In this document: piece after piece, positions 1 to 10,195 of the stretch
How the letters are laid out: every line of letters begins with the position of its first letter
Numbering within the stretch: the first letter of the stretch is position 1
Origin: Alphaproteobacteria bacterium
Lineage (GTDB): Bacteria > Pseudomonadota > Alphaproteobacteria > RF32 > CAG-239
Direction: 5' to 3'
Assembly (NCBI GenBank): GCA_017937705.1
Contig: JAGBDC010000029.1
Coordinates: forward strand, 27 to 64,026
DNA: 64,000 nt
Notes under the pieces: generated by a model
What the model was told of the DNA's origin: nothing
Seen by the model: the letters and a program-made list of their open reading frames with translations, nothing else
Databases searched by the model: none
Position numbers and translations under genes: made by a program

Positions 1-1011
1 GTAGAATGGCATGCCGTATCAAAAGATAAGGACGATGATGATTATTATTATTATGACGAAGAAGATGATGATTATGAAGATTTGCCTCTGCTGAATATTG
101 AATTTAACGGTAAAAATCTTGAAAATGGTGAATTTGATCACGAAAATCTTCAAGATGCAAATTTTTCAGCCGCAAATTTAACCGGAGTAAATTTTGAAGG
201 ATCAGATTTAAGAGGAGCTGATTTTTCGGGGGCGAACCTTACTAATACTAATTTATCCGGTGCAGATTTATCGGGAGCAACATTTGCCGGAGCCCAATTA
301 ATCGGAACAAATTTCACCGGCGCAAAGCTTAAAAATGTAATTTTCACCGATGCCTTTTTTCAAGATGCAATATTACTTGATATTGATATCGATACAATCA
401 GTCTTGAAGAATTACAGCAACTAATCGAATACGTTGCGAAATATTACCCTGAAAAGCTTAACTTAAATCGCATAAATTTGACAATGTTAGATTTGAAAAA
501 AATAGATTTAACAAAAGTCAATTTACGAGGAGTGGATTTTACCGGTTGCGATTTTACCGGAGTTAATATTTTAGAATTGGATTTGAGCGAATGTATAATT
601 ACTCCGGAACAAATTGCTCAGGCTTTGGGGCATCCTCCGACAGCAATGGAATTGAAACGTATATTGGCTCCAAAAGGGAAAAAAGCTAAAGGCGGACTCA
701 ATATTGACTTTACCGATTTATTTTTAAACGGTGGCAAACAATTTGGAGTTATTAATGTTGCCGGCTATAAAGGAATGGATGTTGATAAGTTGGTAAAAAT
801 GGGTAAAAAAATGTATAAAGCAATAGAAGGCAAGGATAAAGCTCCTGTTCAAGATAAAGATACGTTAGAATATATACGTCAACAAAATAAAGCAAACAAA
901 GAAGAATTGCGTCAAGTTATAGAAGAGCGTAAAAAGAGAGAACTGGCTAATCGTCGCCGAGAAAAACAAGGAAGACGTATTCAGCGAGAAAACGGTGGTT
1001 ACGGAAGGTAA
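1..1011 (+). CDS. Pentapeptide-repeat protein (5' end lies outside the window)
   Basis: Frame 1 is open from position 1. Long run of pentapeptide repeats (NFSAANLTGVNFEGSDLRGADFSGANLTNTNLSGADLSGATFAGAQLIGTNF) and a second block (VNLRGVDFTGCDFTGVNIL). Asp/Tyr-rich stretch upstream and a Lys/Arg-rich tail. Confidence 0.8.
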   Translation, partial: VEWHAVSKDKDDDDYYYYDEEDDDYEDLPLLNIEFNGKNLENGEFDHENLQDANFSAANLTGVNFEGSDLRGADFSGANLTNTNLSGADLSGATFAGAQLIGTNFTGAKLKNVIFTDAFFQDAILLDIDIDTISLEELQQLIEYVAKYYPEKLNLNRINLTMLDLKKIDLTKVNLRGVDFTGCDFTGVNILELDLSECIITPEQIAQALGHPPTAMELKRILAPKGKKAKGGLNIDFTDLFLNGGKQFGVINVAGYKGMDVDKLVKMGKKMYKAIEGKDKAPVQDKDTLEYIRQQNKANKEELRQVIEERKKRELANRRREKQGRRIQRENGGYGR

Positions 1012-1016
1012 TATAT

Positions 1017-2333
1017 ATGGAAGATACCCTATTTTCGCAACAAGTAAAACGTCCGCTTGCCGATAGATTGCGTCCGCAAAAATTGTCGGAAGTAGTCGGT
1101 CAGAACCATATTGTCGGAGATGATTCTCCTTTAGGAAGAATGGTTAAGTCCGGAAAAATCACCTCGTTTATTTTATGGGGACCTCCCGGATGCGGAAAAA
1201 CAACAATAGCTCGTTTGATTGCGGAACATACAAATTTGTACTTTGAGCAAATATCTGCGGTTTTTTCCGGCGTTGCCGACTTGAAAAGAGTTTTCCAATA
1301 TGCCATTGACCGCAGAAATACGCAAGGGAAAGGAACGTTACTGTTTGTTGATGAAATTCATCGTTTTAACAAATCGCAACAAGATGGTTTTTTACCTTAT
1401 GTAGAAGACGGTACCATAATTTTAGTCGGAGCAACTACCGAAAACCCGTCTTTTGAGTTGAATGCTGCGTTGCTTTCTCGCTGTCAAGTTTTTGTACTCA
1501 ATCGATTGAATTCCGACGATTTCGAAATTCTTTTACAAAGGGCTGAAAAAGAGGAAGGAAAAACCTTACCGCTAGATGAAGAAGCCCGAGAAATAATGAA
1601 GACCATAGCTGATGGTGATGGGCGTTATATTCTTAATTTGGCCGAAAATGTATTTAATTATGCTAAATCCGGAGAAATATTTAACAAGGATAATATCATA
1701 AATATAGTTCGCTCCAGAGCTCCGGTATATGATAAAGGCAGAGACGGACATTATAATCTTATTTCCGCCGTCCATAAGTCTTTAAGAGGTTCAGATGTAG
1801 ATGCGGCTCTTTATTGGACAGCACGAATGATAACGTCGGGAGAAGATGCTAAATATATTTTGCGCAGATTGACACGCTTTGCTGTCGAAGATGTATCTTT
1901 AGCTGATCCGAATGCGGTTAATCAAGCGATTTCTTGTTGGGAAACATACGAAAGATTAGGTTCCCCTGAGGGTGATTTGGCTATTATGCAGTTGGTTGCA
2001 TATTTAGCAACGGCGCCAAAATCGGCAGGAGTATATAAGGCTATGCACAAAGCATTTGATTTAGCTAAAAAGACCGGTTCATTAATGCCGCCTAAACATA
2101 TATTGAATGCTCCGACCAAATTGATGAAAGAGCTGGGTTACAAAGAAGGATATATATATGATCAAGATTTGGAAGACGGATTTTCCGGTCAAAATTATTT
2201 TCCTGAAGGAATGAAACGGGTGAAGTTATATTATCCGGTTGAACGAGGGTTTGAGCGTGAAATAAAAAAACGGATTGAATATTTTGATAAGCTTCGTTAT
2301 GAAAAAAATAAAAACAAATCGGAGAATGAATAA
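1017..2333 (+). CDS. rarA: Replication-associated recombination protein A (RarA/MgsA AAA+ ATPase)
   Basis: Walker A GPPGCGKTT, FVDEIHRFNK (Walker B/sensor region), and the conserved MgsA C-terminal domain (YDKGRDGHYNLISAVHKSLRGSDVDAALYW). Confidence 0.93.
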   Translation: MEDTLFSQQVKRPLADRLRPQKLSEVVGQNHIVGDDSPLGRMVKSGKITSFILWGPPGCGKTTIARLIAEHTNLYFEQISAVFSGVADLKRVFQYAIDRRNTQGKGTLLFVDEIHRFNKSQQDGFLPYVEDGTIILVGATTENPSFELNAALLSRCQVFVLNRLNSDDFEILLQRAEKEEGKTLPLDEEAREIMKTIADGDGRYILNLAENVFNYAKSGEIFNKDNIINIVRSRAPVYDKGRDGHYNLISAVHKSLRGSDVDAALYWTARMITSGEDAKYILRRLTRFAVEDVSLADPNAVNQAISCWETYERLGSPEGDLAIMQLVAYLATAPKSAGVYKAMHKAFDLAKKTGSLMPPKHILNAPTKLMKELGYKEGYIYDQDLEDGFSGQNYFPEGMKRVKLYYPVERGFEREIKKRIEYFDKLRYEKNKNKSENE

Positions 2334-3140
2334 ATGTTAGAATTAGCAGAAGATGAATGTCAAATTTTTATTGAAAATATGACGGAAAAAGCTTTTACCG
2401 GAAAAACTCCGGTTGAGAAACCTGTTTATACGGCATTGATAGGAGCTCCGGGAACCGGTAAATCTCATCTTGCAAGGAAAATTAAGAACAGTGTTGTTAT
2501 TTCTTCAGACAACATCATAGCCGAATATATGAAAACAGTCGGTATTGATCCCCGAGATTGTGAAGTAGATGAAGAAATAAGTCGATTCGCAACGATGGTT
2601 AATAACCATATCGTTAAGAAAGCGGTTAGAGAGCGTTACAATATTACATACGATACATCTGCTTTGCTAAATTCTCTGAATATGGGAACCCGTTTGAAAA
2701 AATATGGTTATAAAGCAGAGTTTAAGATAATGCTTGTTGATGAATATCAGGCCGCAATGAATGTTGTTGAGCGAAAACTTGATTTTGATGATGAATATAC
2801 AAAATATACATATAATCGTATTGACGGAGCAAAATATCCGAAAGGAAATCCTTTAGAAGTAATGCCTTTAGTATCCGAAAATGTTTCGGCAGCAGTATGT
2901 GAATTCATCCCCAAGGCCGTAGAGGACGGACTAAATGTTGAAATTTATGAATTTGGAAAAGACAAACCATCGTTTAAGACCGGAGACGATTTTGATAAAT
3001 TTATGGAAAATATAGAATTAATTCCTATGGAACAGCATATTGAGCGGTGTAAAAAATTAAGAAACAGAGCTGATATGATGGGTAAAGAAGATTATTTCTT
3101 GCAGCTTAAAATGTTAGAAAAAAATATGCAAAAAGGATAA
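2334..3140 (+). CDS. P-loop kinase of the zeta-toxin/AAA_33 type (function unknown)
   Basis: Walker A GAPGTGKSH near the N-terminus. Overall layout resembles zeta-toxin-like kinases. ATG abuts the rarA stop (TAAATG). Confidence 0.5.
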   Translation: MLELAEDECQIFIENMTEKAFTGKTPVEKPVYTALIGAPGTGKSHLARKIKNSVVISSDNIIAEYMKTVGIDPRDCEVDEEISRFATMVNNHIVKKAVRERYNITYDTSALLNSLNMGTRLKKYGYKAEFKIMLVDEYQAAMNVVERKLDFDDEYTKYTYNRIDGAKYPKGNPLEVMPLVSENVSAAVCEFIPKAVEDGLNVEIYEFGKDKPSFKTGDDFDKFMENIELIPMEQHIERCKKLRNRADMMGKEDYFLQLKMLEKNMQKG

Positions 3141-3148
3141 AATAAAAA

Positions 3149-4081
3149 ATGTCTGTTGAAATGATAAAAGTTAAAGATATCGATGATGGAATGCGCCTTA
3201 ATCGTTGGTTTTTAAAATATTATCCTAATATAACGATGGGGAGATTACAAAAATTATTAAGAACAAAGCAAATAAAAGTTGATGGTAGTCGAGCGGAAAC
3301 ATCACTAAAATTAGCAGCCGGACAAATAATTCGTATTCCACCGCTTAAAAATGATGAAGCAGAACCGGAAAAAAGCAAAATCTTACTTTCTAAAGAAATA
3401 GAATTTATGCAAAGTTTGGTTATATTCAAAGACGATAATATTATTGCAATTAATAAGCCATCAGGTTTAGCTGTACAAGGCGGAACAAATACTCGATTTC
3501 ATGTTGACGGATTGCTCGATGCATTGATTTTTGAAAAAGAGGAGCGTCCGAGACTGGTACACAGAATAGATAAGGATACCAGCGGAATTTTATTGTTGGC
3601 ACGCAATCGCAAAACTGCAGATTTATTGACCAAAGCATTTAGGGAACATAAATTACCAAAGACATATTTAGCGCTTGTAAAAGGATGCCCTAAACAAGAA
3701 GAAGGAGAGATAAAAGCTTCTTTAGAAAAAATAGGTGAAAGAATGCAAGCTGTTACAAACGGACAAAGTGCTAAAACTTTATATAAAGTACTGGATAGTG
3801 TCGGGCAAAAATTTGCACTTGTCGAAGCCAGTCCTTTAACCGGCAGAACGCACCAGATAAGAGTTCATTTGGAACATATCGGATGCCCGATTATCGGTGA
3901 TGACAAATATTATGGTGGAGGAGAACGTATAAAATGTGAGTTGTTTGCCGATAAATTACACCTTCACGCCTACAAAATAGATTTGTCGACAATATATAAT
4001 AAAAAAGTGGTAATTAAAGCGGCTTTACCACAACATTTTTGTGATAGTTTATCTGCGACAGGCATAAGTTTTAAGGAGTAG
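3149..4081 (+). CDS. RluA-family (RluC/RluD-type) rRNA pseudouridine synthase
   Basis: N-terminal S4-like segment and the catalytic motif HRIDKDTSGILLLA. C-terminal TGRTHQIRVHL motif. Confidence 0.9.
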   Translation: MSVEMIKVKDIDDGMRLNRWFLKYYPNITMGRLQKLLRTKQIKVDGSRAETSLKLAAGQIIRIPPLKNDEAEPEKSKILLSKEIEFMQSLVIFKDDNIIAINKPSGLAVQGGTNTRFHVDGLLDALIFEKEERPRLVHRIDKDTSGILLLARNRKTADLLTKAFREHKLPKTYLALVKGCPKQEEGEIKASLEKIGERMQAVTNGQSAKTLYKVLDSVGQKFALVEASPLTGRTHQIRVHLEHIGCPIIGDDKYYGGGERIKCELFADKLHLHAYKIDLSTIYNKKVVIKAALPQHFCDSLSATGISFKE

Positions 4082-4084
4082 AAA

Positions 4085-6205
4085 ATGAAGTTTTTAAAAT
4101 GGTTTTTCGGTATACTTTTCGTTTTAATAATTGCAGTTGTTACTGCAGGATATGTCTTTTTACGTAATTTTGATTTAAATGAATATAAAGATTATGCTGA
4201 AAAAATCGTTTATGAACAAACCGGACGTAAATTATCTATCAACGGCAATGCGGAGTTAGGCATATCTTTGGTTCCCACCTTAATCATCAACGATATTACT
4301 TTTGCCAATCCGTCTTGGGCAAAAAATCCGCAAATGGCCAAAGTAGCCTCTCTCGAACTTCGTTTTTCCATTTTGCCATTGCTGTCAAAACAAATTGTCA
4401 TAAATAAGGCACTGTTAAATAATCCGCAAATTTTCTTAGAAACCGACAAAAAAGGGCAAAACAGTTGGGACTTTGAAAGAGTTAAGTCGGTTGCCTCAAA
4501 TAATAACGGATGGCTTATAAGAAATGCTAATGCCTCCGAAACTTCTAATGTATTAGAGATGTTTTCTGATATTGTTGCAAAAGAAGTTGCAATTAAATCG
4601 GGTGATTTTAACTATTTAAAACATTCCGATAATTCATTAATGACATTAAAAATAAAAAATCTCGATTTTAGCACAGAGGGAATGAATAGCCCGATGAATG
4701 TAAGTTGGGATATTGTTTTTAATGAAATGGATATTAGCGGAAAAGGTGTGCTAGGATCAATATCTGCGCTGTTTTCCGCTACCGGAGAATATCCGATTAA
4801 GCTTGATGTGAAAGCCTTGGGGATAAAGGCATTAGTCGATGCAAAAATTAAAAATATGCTAAATGACAAACTCAGCGCAACATTTAATTATAACATGTAT
4901 AATGCAGCCGGAAATATGAATATACCGGAAACAACTTTGATTGGTAGTGGAAATGCAACATTAAAAAAAGTCGCACTTAATATTGATAAGCTAGAAATTG
5001 TAAATAATATCATCAAAGGAAAAATTAATGCCGATATATCAAAAAGTATTCCGTATGCTGAAGCCGATTTGTCTTCTGATTTGTTGGATTTAACTAATTT
5101 AAATCGTTCCAAACCGACAGCGTTAAATTTTGAAATTATAAAATCAGCACATGCCAGCTCATTAGTTCCAAACGAGATGATTCCTTTTGAGTTGTTAAAA
5201 ATTGCTAATGGAAAGGCAAGTTTATCAATAAATAAACTGATAGTAAATTCGGATATAGCATTGGATAATTTTGTAATGAACGCAAATTTATCAAACGGTT
5301 TATTAAATTTAAGCAAGCTTGATTTTAATATCGGAAGCGGTAGCGCAAGTATGAGCGCCGTTGTCAATTCTGCAAACAAGTCGTTAGTTGCAGAGGGAAC
5401 AACAAAAAATATTTTGCTGACTGAACTTCACGAAGAATTTAAGATTGACGGAAGTTATGATTTTGGTTTTACATCCGGCGGTGGTACACAAACATCGTTT
5501 AATTTAAACGGGCATGGTTCAACATATCGTTCTTTGGTTGATAGTCTGAGCGGACAGATTATTGCAATAGTAGAACCGGCTGAAATACAGACGGGACATT
5601 TTAAATTTATGACCAGCAATTTTTTAAAACAATTAGCTGAAATATTAAAAATTAAGGCTGAGGGTAAAGAAAATATAAGTTTGAAATGTGCTGTCGTTAG
5701 AGCAGATTTAAAAGATGGAGTTATAAATTTTCCTAAAGGAATAGTCATAAATTCAGATAAGCTTGATTTGGTAGGAGACGGCTCGCTTACACTTAAAAAT
5801 GATAAATTAGACGTTCGTGTAAATGCTTATAGGAGCGGTGTAACCGATATGAGTATTATGCAAGCACTTTCTAATTTGATAAAAGTAAAAGGAACAATTC
5901 AAGATCCTAAAATTGCTATTGATAGAGATGGAACAATAAAAACCATAGCAGGTATTGCAATGACAGGAGGAGCCCTAAACGGAGCACAGTTATTGCTTGA
6001 TAAGGATACAGCACCATGCTATACAGCCTTAAAAGGAACAATATATAGTGATAAATTTGAAAAGCCTTCTGCAGCATCAAGTGCAACTCAAGGTGTTTAT
6101 CAAGGTGCAAGTCAAGCTGTAAATACAGGTATAGATAGGGTAAAAACAAGCACTAAAGACATAACTGATAAGGCTAAAAGCTTTCTTAACAACATTTTAA
6201 AATAA
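4085..6205 (+). CDS. AsmA-family outer-membrane biogenesis protein
   Basis: 706 aa with a single N-terminal TM helix followed by a long beta-rich periplasmic region, the typical AsmA architecture. The antisense ORFs inside it look spurious. Confidence 0.7.
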   Translation: MKFLKWFFGILFVLIIAVVTAGYVFLRNFDLNEYKDYAEKIVYEQTGRKLSINGNAELGISLVPTLIINDITFANPSWAKNPQMAKVASLELRFSILPLLSKQIVINKALLNNPQIFLETDKKGQNSWDFERVKSVASNNNGWLIRNANASETSNVLEMFSDIVAKEVAIKSGDFNYLKHSDNSLMTLKIKNLDFSTEGMNSPMNVSWDIVFNEMDISGKGVLGSISALFSATGEYPIKLDVKALGIKALVDAKIKNMLNDKLSATFNYNMYNAAGNMNIPETTLIGSGNATLKKVALNIDKLEIVNNIIKGKINADISKSIPYAEADLSSDLLDLTNLNRSKPTALNFEIIKSAHASSLVPNEMIPFELLKIANGKASLSINKLIVNSDIALDNFVMNANLSNGLLNLSKLDFNIGSGSASMSAVVNSANKSLVAEGTTKNILLTELHEEFKIDGSYDFGFTSGGGTQTSFNLNGHGSTYRSLVDSLSGQIIAIVEPAEIQTGHFKFMTSNFLKQLAEILKIKAEGKENISLKCAVVRADLKDGVINFPKGIVINSDKLDLVGDGSLTLKNDKLDVRVNAYRSGVTDMSIMQALSNLIKVKGTIQDPKIAIDRDGTIKTIAGIAMTGGALNGAQLLLDKDTAPCYTALKGTIYSDKFEKPSAASSATQGVYQGASQAVNTGIDRVKTSTKDITDKAKSFLNNILK

Positions 6206-6244
6206 TTAAAATAAATTCTTTTCGAATATTAAAAGGATAAAAAA

Positions 6245-6742
6245 ATGACTAAAGAAAAACTGGAACAAGCTATAGCAGAAATTAAAAATCATCGTGAAGA
6301 AATTATTACTCGATTGGTACAATTTTCAAAAACCGATTCATTGTTGTTTTGGGATAAAGAAGTATCATTATACGAAAAGCAAGAAGAATTGTGGGGACCT
6401 ATTTTGAAATGGGCTCATCATAATCTCAATGCTAAGTATATGACTACGGATAAAATGGAAGTTGTTGAACAAAAAAAGAATACCTTACAAGGTTTGAAAA
6501 AATTTTTAGAAACAATGACCGATAAGGAGTTAGCCGCTTTTTATTTGGCTTCCATAAATATGAAATCGGAGTTATTGGCTGCAGCTTTAGTCAGAGGTTT
6601 TATCAATGCGGAAACGGCGTATAATGCGGCATATCTTGAAGAAATCAGCCAAGCAGAACGTTGGGGTAAAGATGAAAATGCCGAACAAAAACGTCAAGCT
6701 TTGAAAAAAGAATTAGTCGATATAGAGAACTTCTTAAAATAA
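6245..6742 (+). CDS. ATP12-like F1-ATPase assembly chaperone (short form)
   Basis: The C-terminal two-thirds resembles the ATP12 family (TDSLLFWDKE...LWGPILKW...ERWGKDE). At 165 aa it appears to lack the usual N-terminal beta domain. Confidence 0.55.
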   Translation: MTKEKLEQAIAEIKNHREEIITRLVQFSKTDSLLFWDKEVSLYEKQEELWGPILKWAHHNLNAKYMTTDKMEVVEQKKNTLQGLKKFLETMTDKELAAFYLASINMKSELLAAALVRGFINAETAYNAAYLEEISQAERWGKDENAEQKRQALKKELVDIENFLK

Positions 6743-7029
6743 TGAAAGAGGTTTACATAAAAATAAAAGGTCGTGTCCAAGGGATAGGATTCCGTTGGTT
6801 CGCCGTGCACGAAGCTAAGCGAATAGGCGGAATCTCCGGTTGGGTTCGCAATGAAGCTGACGGAAGTGTAGAAATTTTAATGCGTGGTGAAGAAGAAAAA
6901 ATAGAAGAGATGCTGATTTCATGCCACAAAGGACCGGCACTATCCAGAGTGGATAGTGTCGATTTTATTGTCGGTCGCAGGAGTTGTTTTTTACCACCGA
7001 TAGAAGATGGCGTATTCAAAAGAGCTTAG
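6742..7029 (+). CDS. acyP: Acylphosphatase
   Basis: Signature GRVQGIGFR and GWVRNEADGSVE. 95 aa. Confidence 0.9.
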   Translation: MKEVYIKIKGRVQGIGFRWFAVHEAKRIGGISGWVRNEADGSVEILMRGEEEKIEEMLISCHKGPALSRVDSVDFIVGRRSCFLPPIEDGVFKRA

Positions 7030-8432
7030 TCTTTAGCCTTTGATTGTTGGCAAATAATTTCAAACTCTTCTTTTTTATGATTTAACATTTCACCGTTTTC
7101 TCCTTTTAACGGCATAAACTTGCGAGCGATGGTATATTGCGGTAACAGTTTTTTGATTTCTTCAATAGGCATATTCCATGCTTGCGGATGAATACGAATT
7201 TTCTTTCCCTGTCCTGCAGAAACTTTTGGTGTTATTTCTCCGCTTGTTGCGTCTTCAAATTCGCTCATTTTAAGTTTGATAACATCTAAGCTGTTCGGAA
7301 TTAAAAATTCAAATTCTTCATCAGAATCAATATAATTTCTAATTTCGAATATAGCATCATCGCCATCCCATTTGACTATAGAACCGGCAAATAGCCAATC
7401 ACCTAAAGTGCGAGTATATTCATAGTTTTGACTGATATTGGTGAGATGTCCGTCATAAAATCCTAAACAATAACCGCGATTTTGCAAAGTATACAACTCA
7501 TTCATATATTTTTGAGCATTCCAATTTTCAGGATTTTTCCGATAGTCATCGATAGCTTGACGATAAGCACGGGCGGTAATAGCAGCATAATATTCGGTTT
7601 TATTTCTTCCTTCAATCTTTAGCGAGTGTAACCCTAATTCTAAAATTTTATCAAGACGGGGCATCATACACAAATCTTTTGAGTTCATTATATAAGCACC
7701 ATGTTCATCTTCTACAATTTCAAACAATTCACCCGGGCGAAATTCTTCTTGAACTAAAAATTCGAAAGCATCTTTATTATTTTCATTAATTTCAATATCT
7801 TTTATTGTGCCATCTTTCAAACGTAAGTGTAATTTATAATGCCAACGACAGCAATGAGCACATTTTCCTTGGTTAGCACTTCTGTCTGCCAAAAAGTTTG
7901 AGATTAAACATCTTCCGGAATAAGACATGCACATAGCTCCGTGAACAAACGTTTCTAACGGCATATCCGGACATTGACGTCGGATTTCAGCCATTTCTTC
8001 ATAAGAAACTTCTCTTCCCAAAACACATAGGTCAGCTCCCAAATCTTGCCAAAATTTAACAGTTTGATATGAACAGATGTTGGCTTGTGTAGAAACAAAA
8101 CGTTTCAATTCCGGGGCATTTTCTTTCAAATACAAAAATACTCCGGGGTCAGCAATCAAAACACCATCCGGTTTTAATTGACGAAGAGTATTAACGAAGT
8201 GAGGCAATTTGGCAACATCGTTGTTGTGAGTATATAAGTTCAAAGTCAGATATATTTTTTTCCCGTGTTGATGAACAAAATCAATACCTTCTTTGATATC
8301 ATCCAGCGAAAATTTAGACTGTGTTCGCAAACTCATATCAGGGGTTCCTGCATAAACGGCATCTGCACCGTATAAAATTGCAGTTTTAAGTTTTACTAAA
8401 GAGCCTGCCGGCAATAACAATTCTGATTTCAT
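7026..8432 (-). CDS. Peptidase U32 family protein
   Basis: N-terminus ELLLPAGSLVKLKTAILYGADAVYAG and the U32 signature ETFVHGAMCMSYSGRC. Confidence 0.9.
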   Translation of the reverse strand: MKSELLLPAGSLVKLKTAILYGADAVYAGTPDMSLRTQSKFSLDDIKEGIDFVHQHGKKIYLTLNLYTHNNDVAKLPHFVNTLRQLKPDGVLIADPGVFLYLKENAPELKRFVSTQANICSYQTVKFWQDLGADLCVLGREVSYEEMAEIRRQCPDMPLETFVHGAMCMSYSGRCLISNFLADRSANQGKCAHCCRWHYKLHLRLKDGTIKDIEINENNKDAFEFLVQEEFRPGELFEIVEDEHGAYIMNSKDLCMMPRLDKILELGLHSLKIEGRNKTEYYAAITARAYRQAIDDYRKNPENWNAQKYMNELYTLQNRGYCLGFYDGHLTNISQNYEYTRTLGDWLFAGSIVKWDGDDAIFEIRNYIDSDEEFEFLIPNSLDVIKLKMSEFEDATSGEITPKVSAGQGKKIRIHPQAWNMPIEEIKKLLPQYTIARKFMPLKGENGEMLNHKKEEFEIICQQSKAKD

Positions 8433-9232
8433 TTTGTTACCTCAATATTTGTAGTATAAACATTCATTTCACCAAGCGGAGTATCTTCCACATTAATTTT
8501 TGCAATAAACGGAGCTTGAGTATTTTTATCTTTCATGATCCAAAAATATATGGGGCTGTCTGAAGTCAGTTGCCACAACATATCATCTCCGTCTTCTTTC
8601 AATTTATCTATATACATAGAACATTTTGTTGCTTCTCCGTAAAAAGGAGAATTTTCATCTTTTTTAATATTATCCGTTCCTAAATCTTCAAATATAACAT
8701 CAAATCTTCTTTTACCGTCAAATATACGCATTTTGGCATTACAATTTTTAACCTTATTATATTGATTGGCAATAGCTGCAACAACAGTTTGTAAATCTGT
8801 CGTATCATCGATATTTTCTGTTGTATTTACTTTTTTAATTTTTTCTCTACCGTTTTTTGAACTGATTATTTGCAATGGTATACCTTGACTGCTATATATT
8901 ACATCTTTCGTTCTTTTAGAAAAACGAGATTGTGACTGATATTTATAAGTATCGGTTTGCATTTTGTTTTTTTTCAAAAATCCGGTTGTGGAATATATAG
9001 CCTCGAACGGATATAAAGTATCAAAAAGCCCGTGTGTTTTGATTTTTGATTTTACGGCATATTTTTTATTATCAAGTTGATATTCAAAATCGGCGATACT
9101 TGCATTAAAAGGTCCGATGAAAGCATTAAAATTATGCTTCACCGACAGGGCATTTACCGGTAAAGAGAAAAACAATGTTGCAAAGAGCGACAAATATGTT
9201 GTTTTTTTTGTTAAAATATCTTTCATTATCAA
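8429..9232 (-). CDS. Exported hypothetical protein (possibly DUF3108-like)
   Basis: N-terminal signal peptide (LSLFATLFFSLPVNALS). Overlaps the downstream U32 start by 4 nt. The family call is tentative. Confidence 0.5.
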   Translation of the reverse strand: MIMKDILTKKTTYLSLFATLFFSLPVNALSVKHNFNAFIGPFNASIADFEYQLDNKKYAVKSKIKTHGLFDTLYPFEAIYSTTGFLKKNKMQTDTYKYQSQSRFSKRTKDVIYSSQGIPLQIISSKNGREKIKKVNTTENIDDTTDLQTVVAAIANQYNKVKNCNAKMRIFDGKRRFDVIFEDLGTDNIKKDENSPFYGEATKCSMYIDKLKEDGDDMLWQLTSDSPIYFWIMKDKNTQAPFIAKINVEDTPLGEMNVYTTNIEVTK

Positions 9233-9286
9233 AAAAAATTTGCTAAATTACCATCTGTTTTTAGTTATTATAAGGAATTTAGTTAA

Positions 9287-10195
9287 ATGTCAAAGAAAGT
9301 TTTGGTTGTTATGGGAGGTTTTTCTGCTGAAAGGGACGTAAGTTTAGTTAGCGGAAAAGGGATTATTGACGCTCTAAAACAAGAAGGTTTCGAAACTGTA
9401 GCTCATGATTTGACGTCAACATCAGAATTTTTAGATGTTTTGAAAAAAGAAAAACCGGATGTTGTTTTTAATGCTCTTCACGGAAATTGGGGCGAAGACG
9501 GAGAAATACAAGGATTGCTTGATATGTTGCAGATTCCGTATACTCATTCAGGATTAAAAGCTTCGGCAGCAGGAATGGATAAAAATTTAACCAAGCTTAT
9601 ATGTAATTCTATCGGAATTAAGGTCCCGATGGGAGAAAAAATGACATTTAAACAATTTGTTGAAGAAGGAACGGTTGTAGCCATGCCCTATGTTGTTAAG
9701 CCGGTTAGTGATGGTTCAAGTGTCGGTGTTTATATCATCAATTCCGAAAAAGATTTAGAGCAAATCAGATATGATGATGAAAATTGTGAGATTTTGATAG
9801 AAAAATATATTGCCGGCCAAGAATTAACAGTTTCAGTCATAAACGGAAAAGCATTAACCGTTACCGAAATGCGCCCAAAGGTTAAATTTTATGACTATGA
9901 AGCCAAATATACTGACGGAATGACCGAACACATTATTCCTGCCCCAATCCCTGAAATTGCATTTAATACCGCCTTGCGTTATGCTGAAAAAATACATAAA
10001 GCTTTAGGCTGCAATACTGTTTCTCGTAGTGATTTACGTTACAATGAAGAAGATGGGGTTGTTTTGTTGGAAATTAATACTAACCCCGGTATGACTCCGC
10101 TATCATTGGTGCCGGAGCAATATATTCACCTCGGAGGAAGTTATCCTAAACTGTGTCGACTTTTGGTAGAGGGTGCTAAGTGCCGAAAAATGTAA
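9287..10195 (+). CDS. ddl: D-alanine--D-alanine ligase
   Basis: GGFSAERDVSLVSG, ALHGNWGEDGEIQG, and ATP-grasp C-terminus LLEINTNPGMTPLSL. Confidence 0.93.
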   Translation: MSKKVLVVMGGFSAERDVSLVSGKGIIDALKQEGFETVAHDLTSTSEFLDVLKKEKPDVVFNALHGNWGEDGEIQGLLDMLQIPYTHSGLKASAAGMDKNLTKLICNSIGIKVPMGEKMTFKQFVEEGTVVAMPYVVKPVSDGSSVGVYIINSEKDLEQIRYDDENCEILIEKYIAGQELTVSVINGKALTVTEMRPKVKFYDYEAKYTDGMTEHIIPAPIPEIAFNTALRYAEKIHKALGCNTVSRSDLRYNEEDGVVLLEINTNPGMTPLSLVPEQYIHLGGSYPKLCRLLVEGAKCRKM

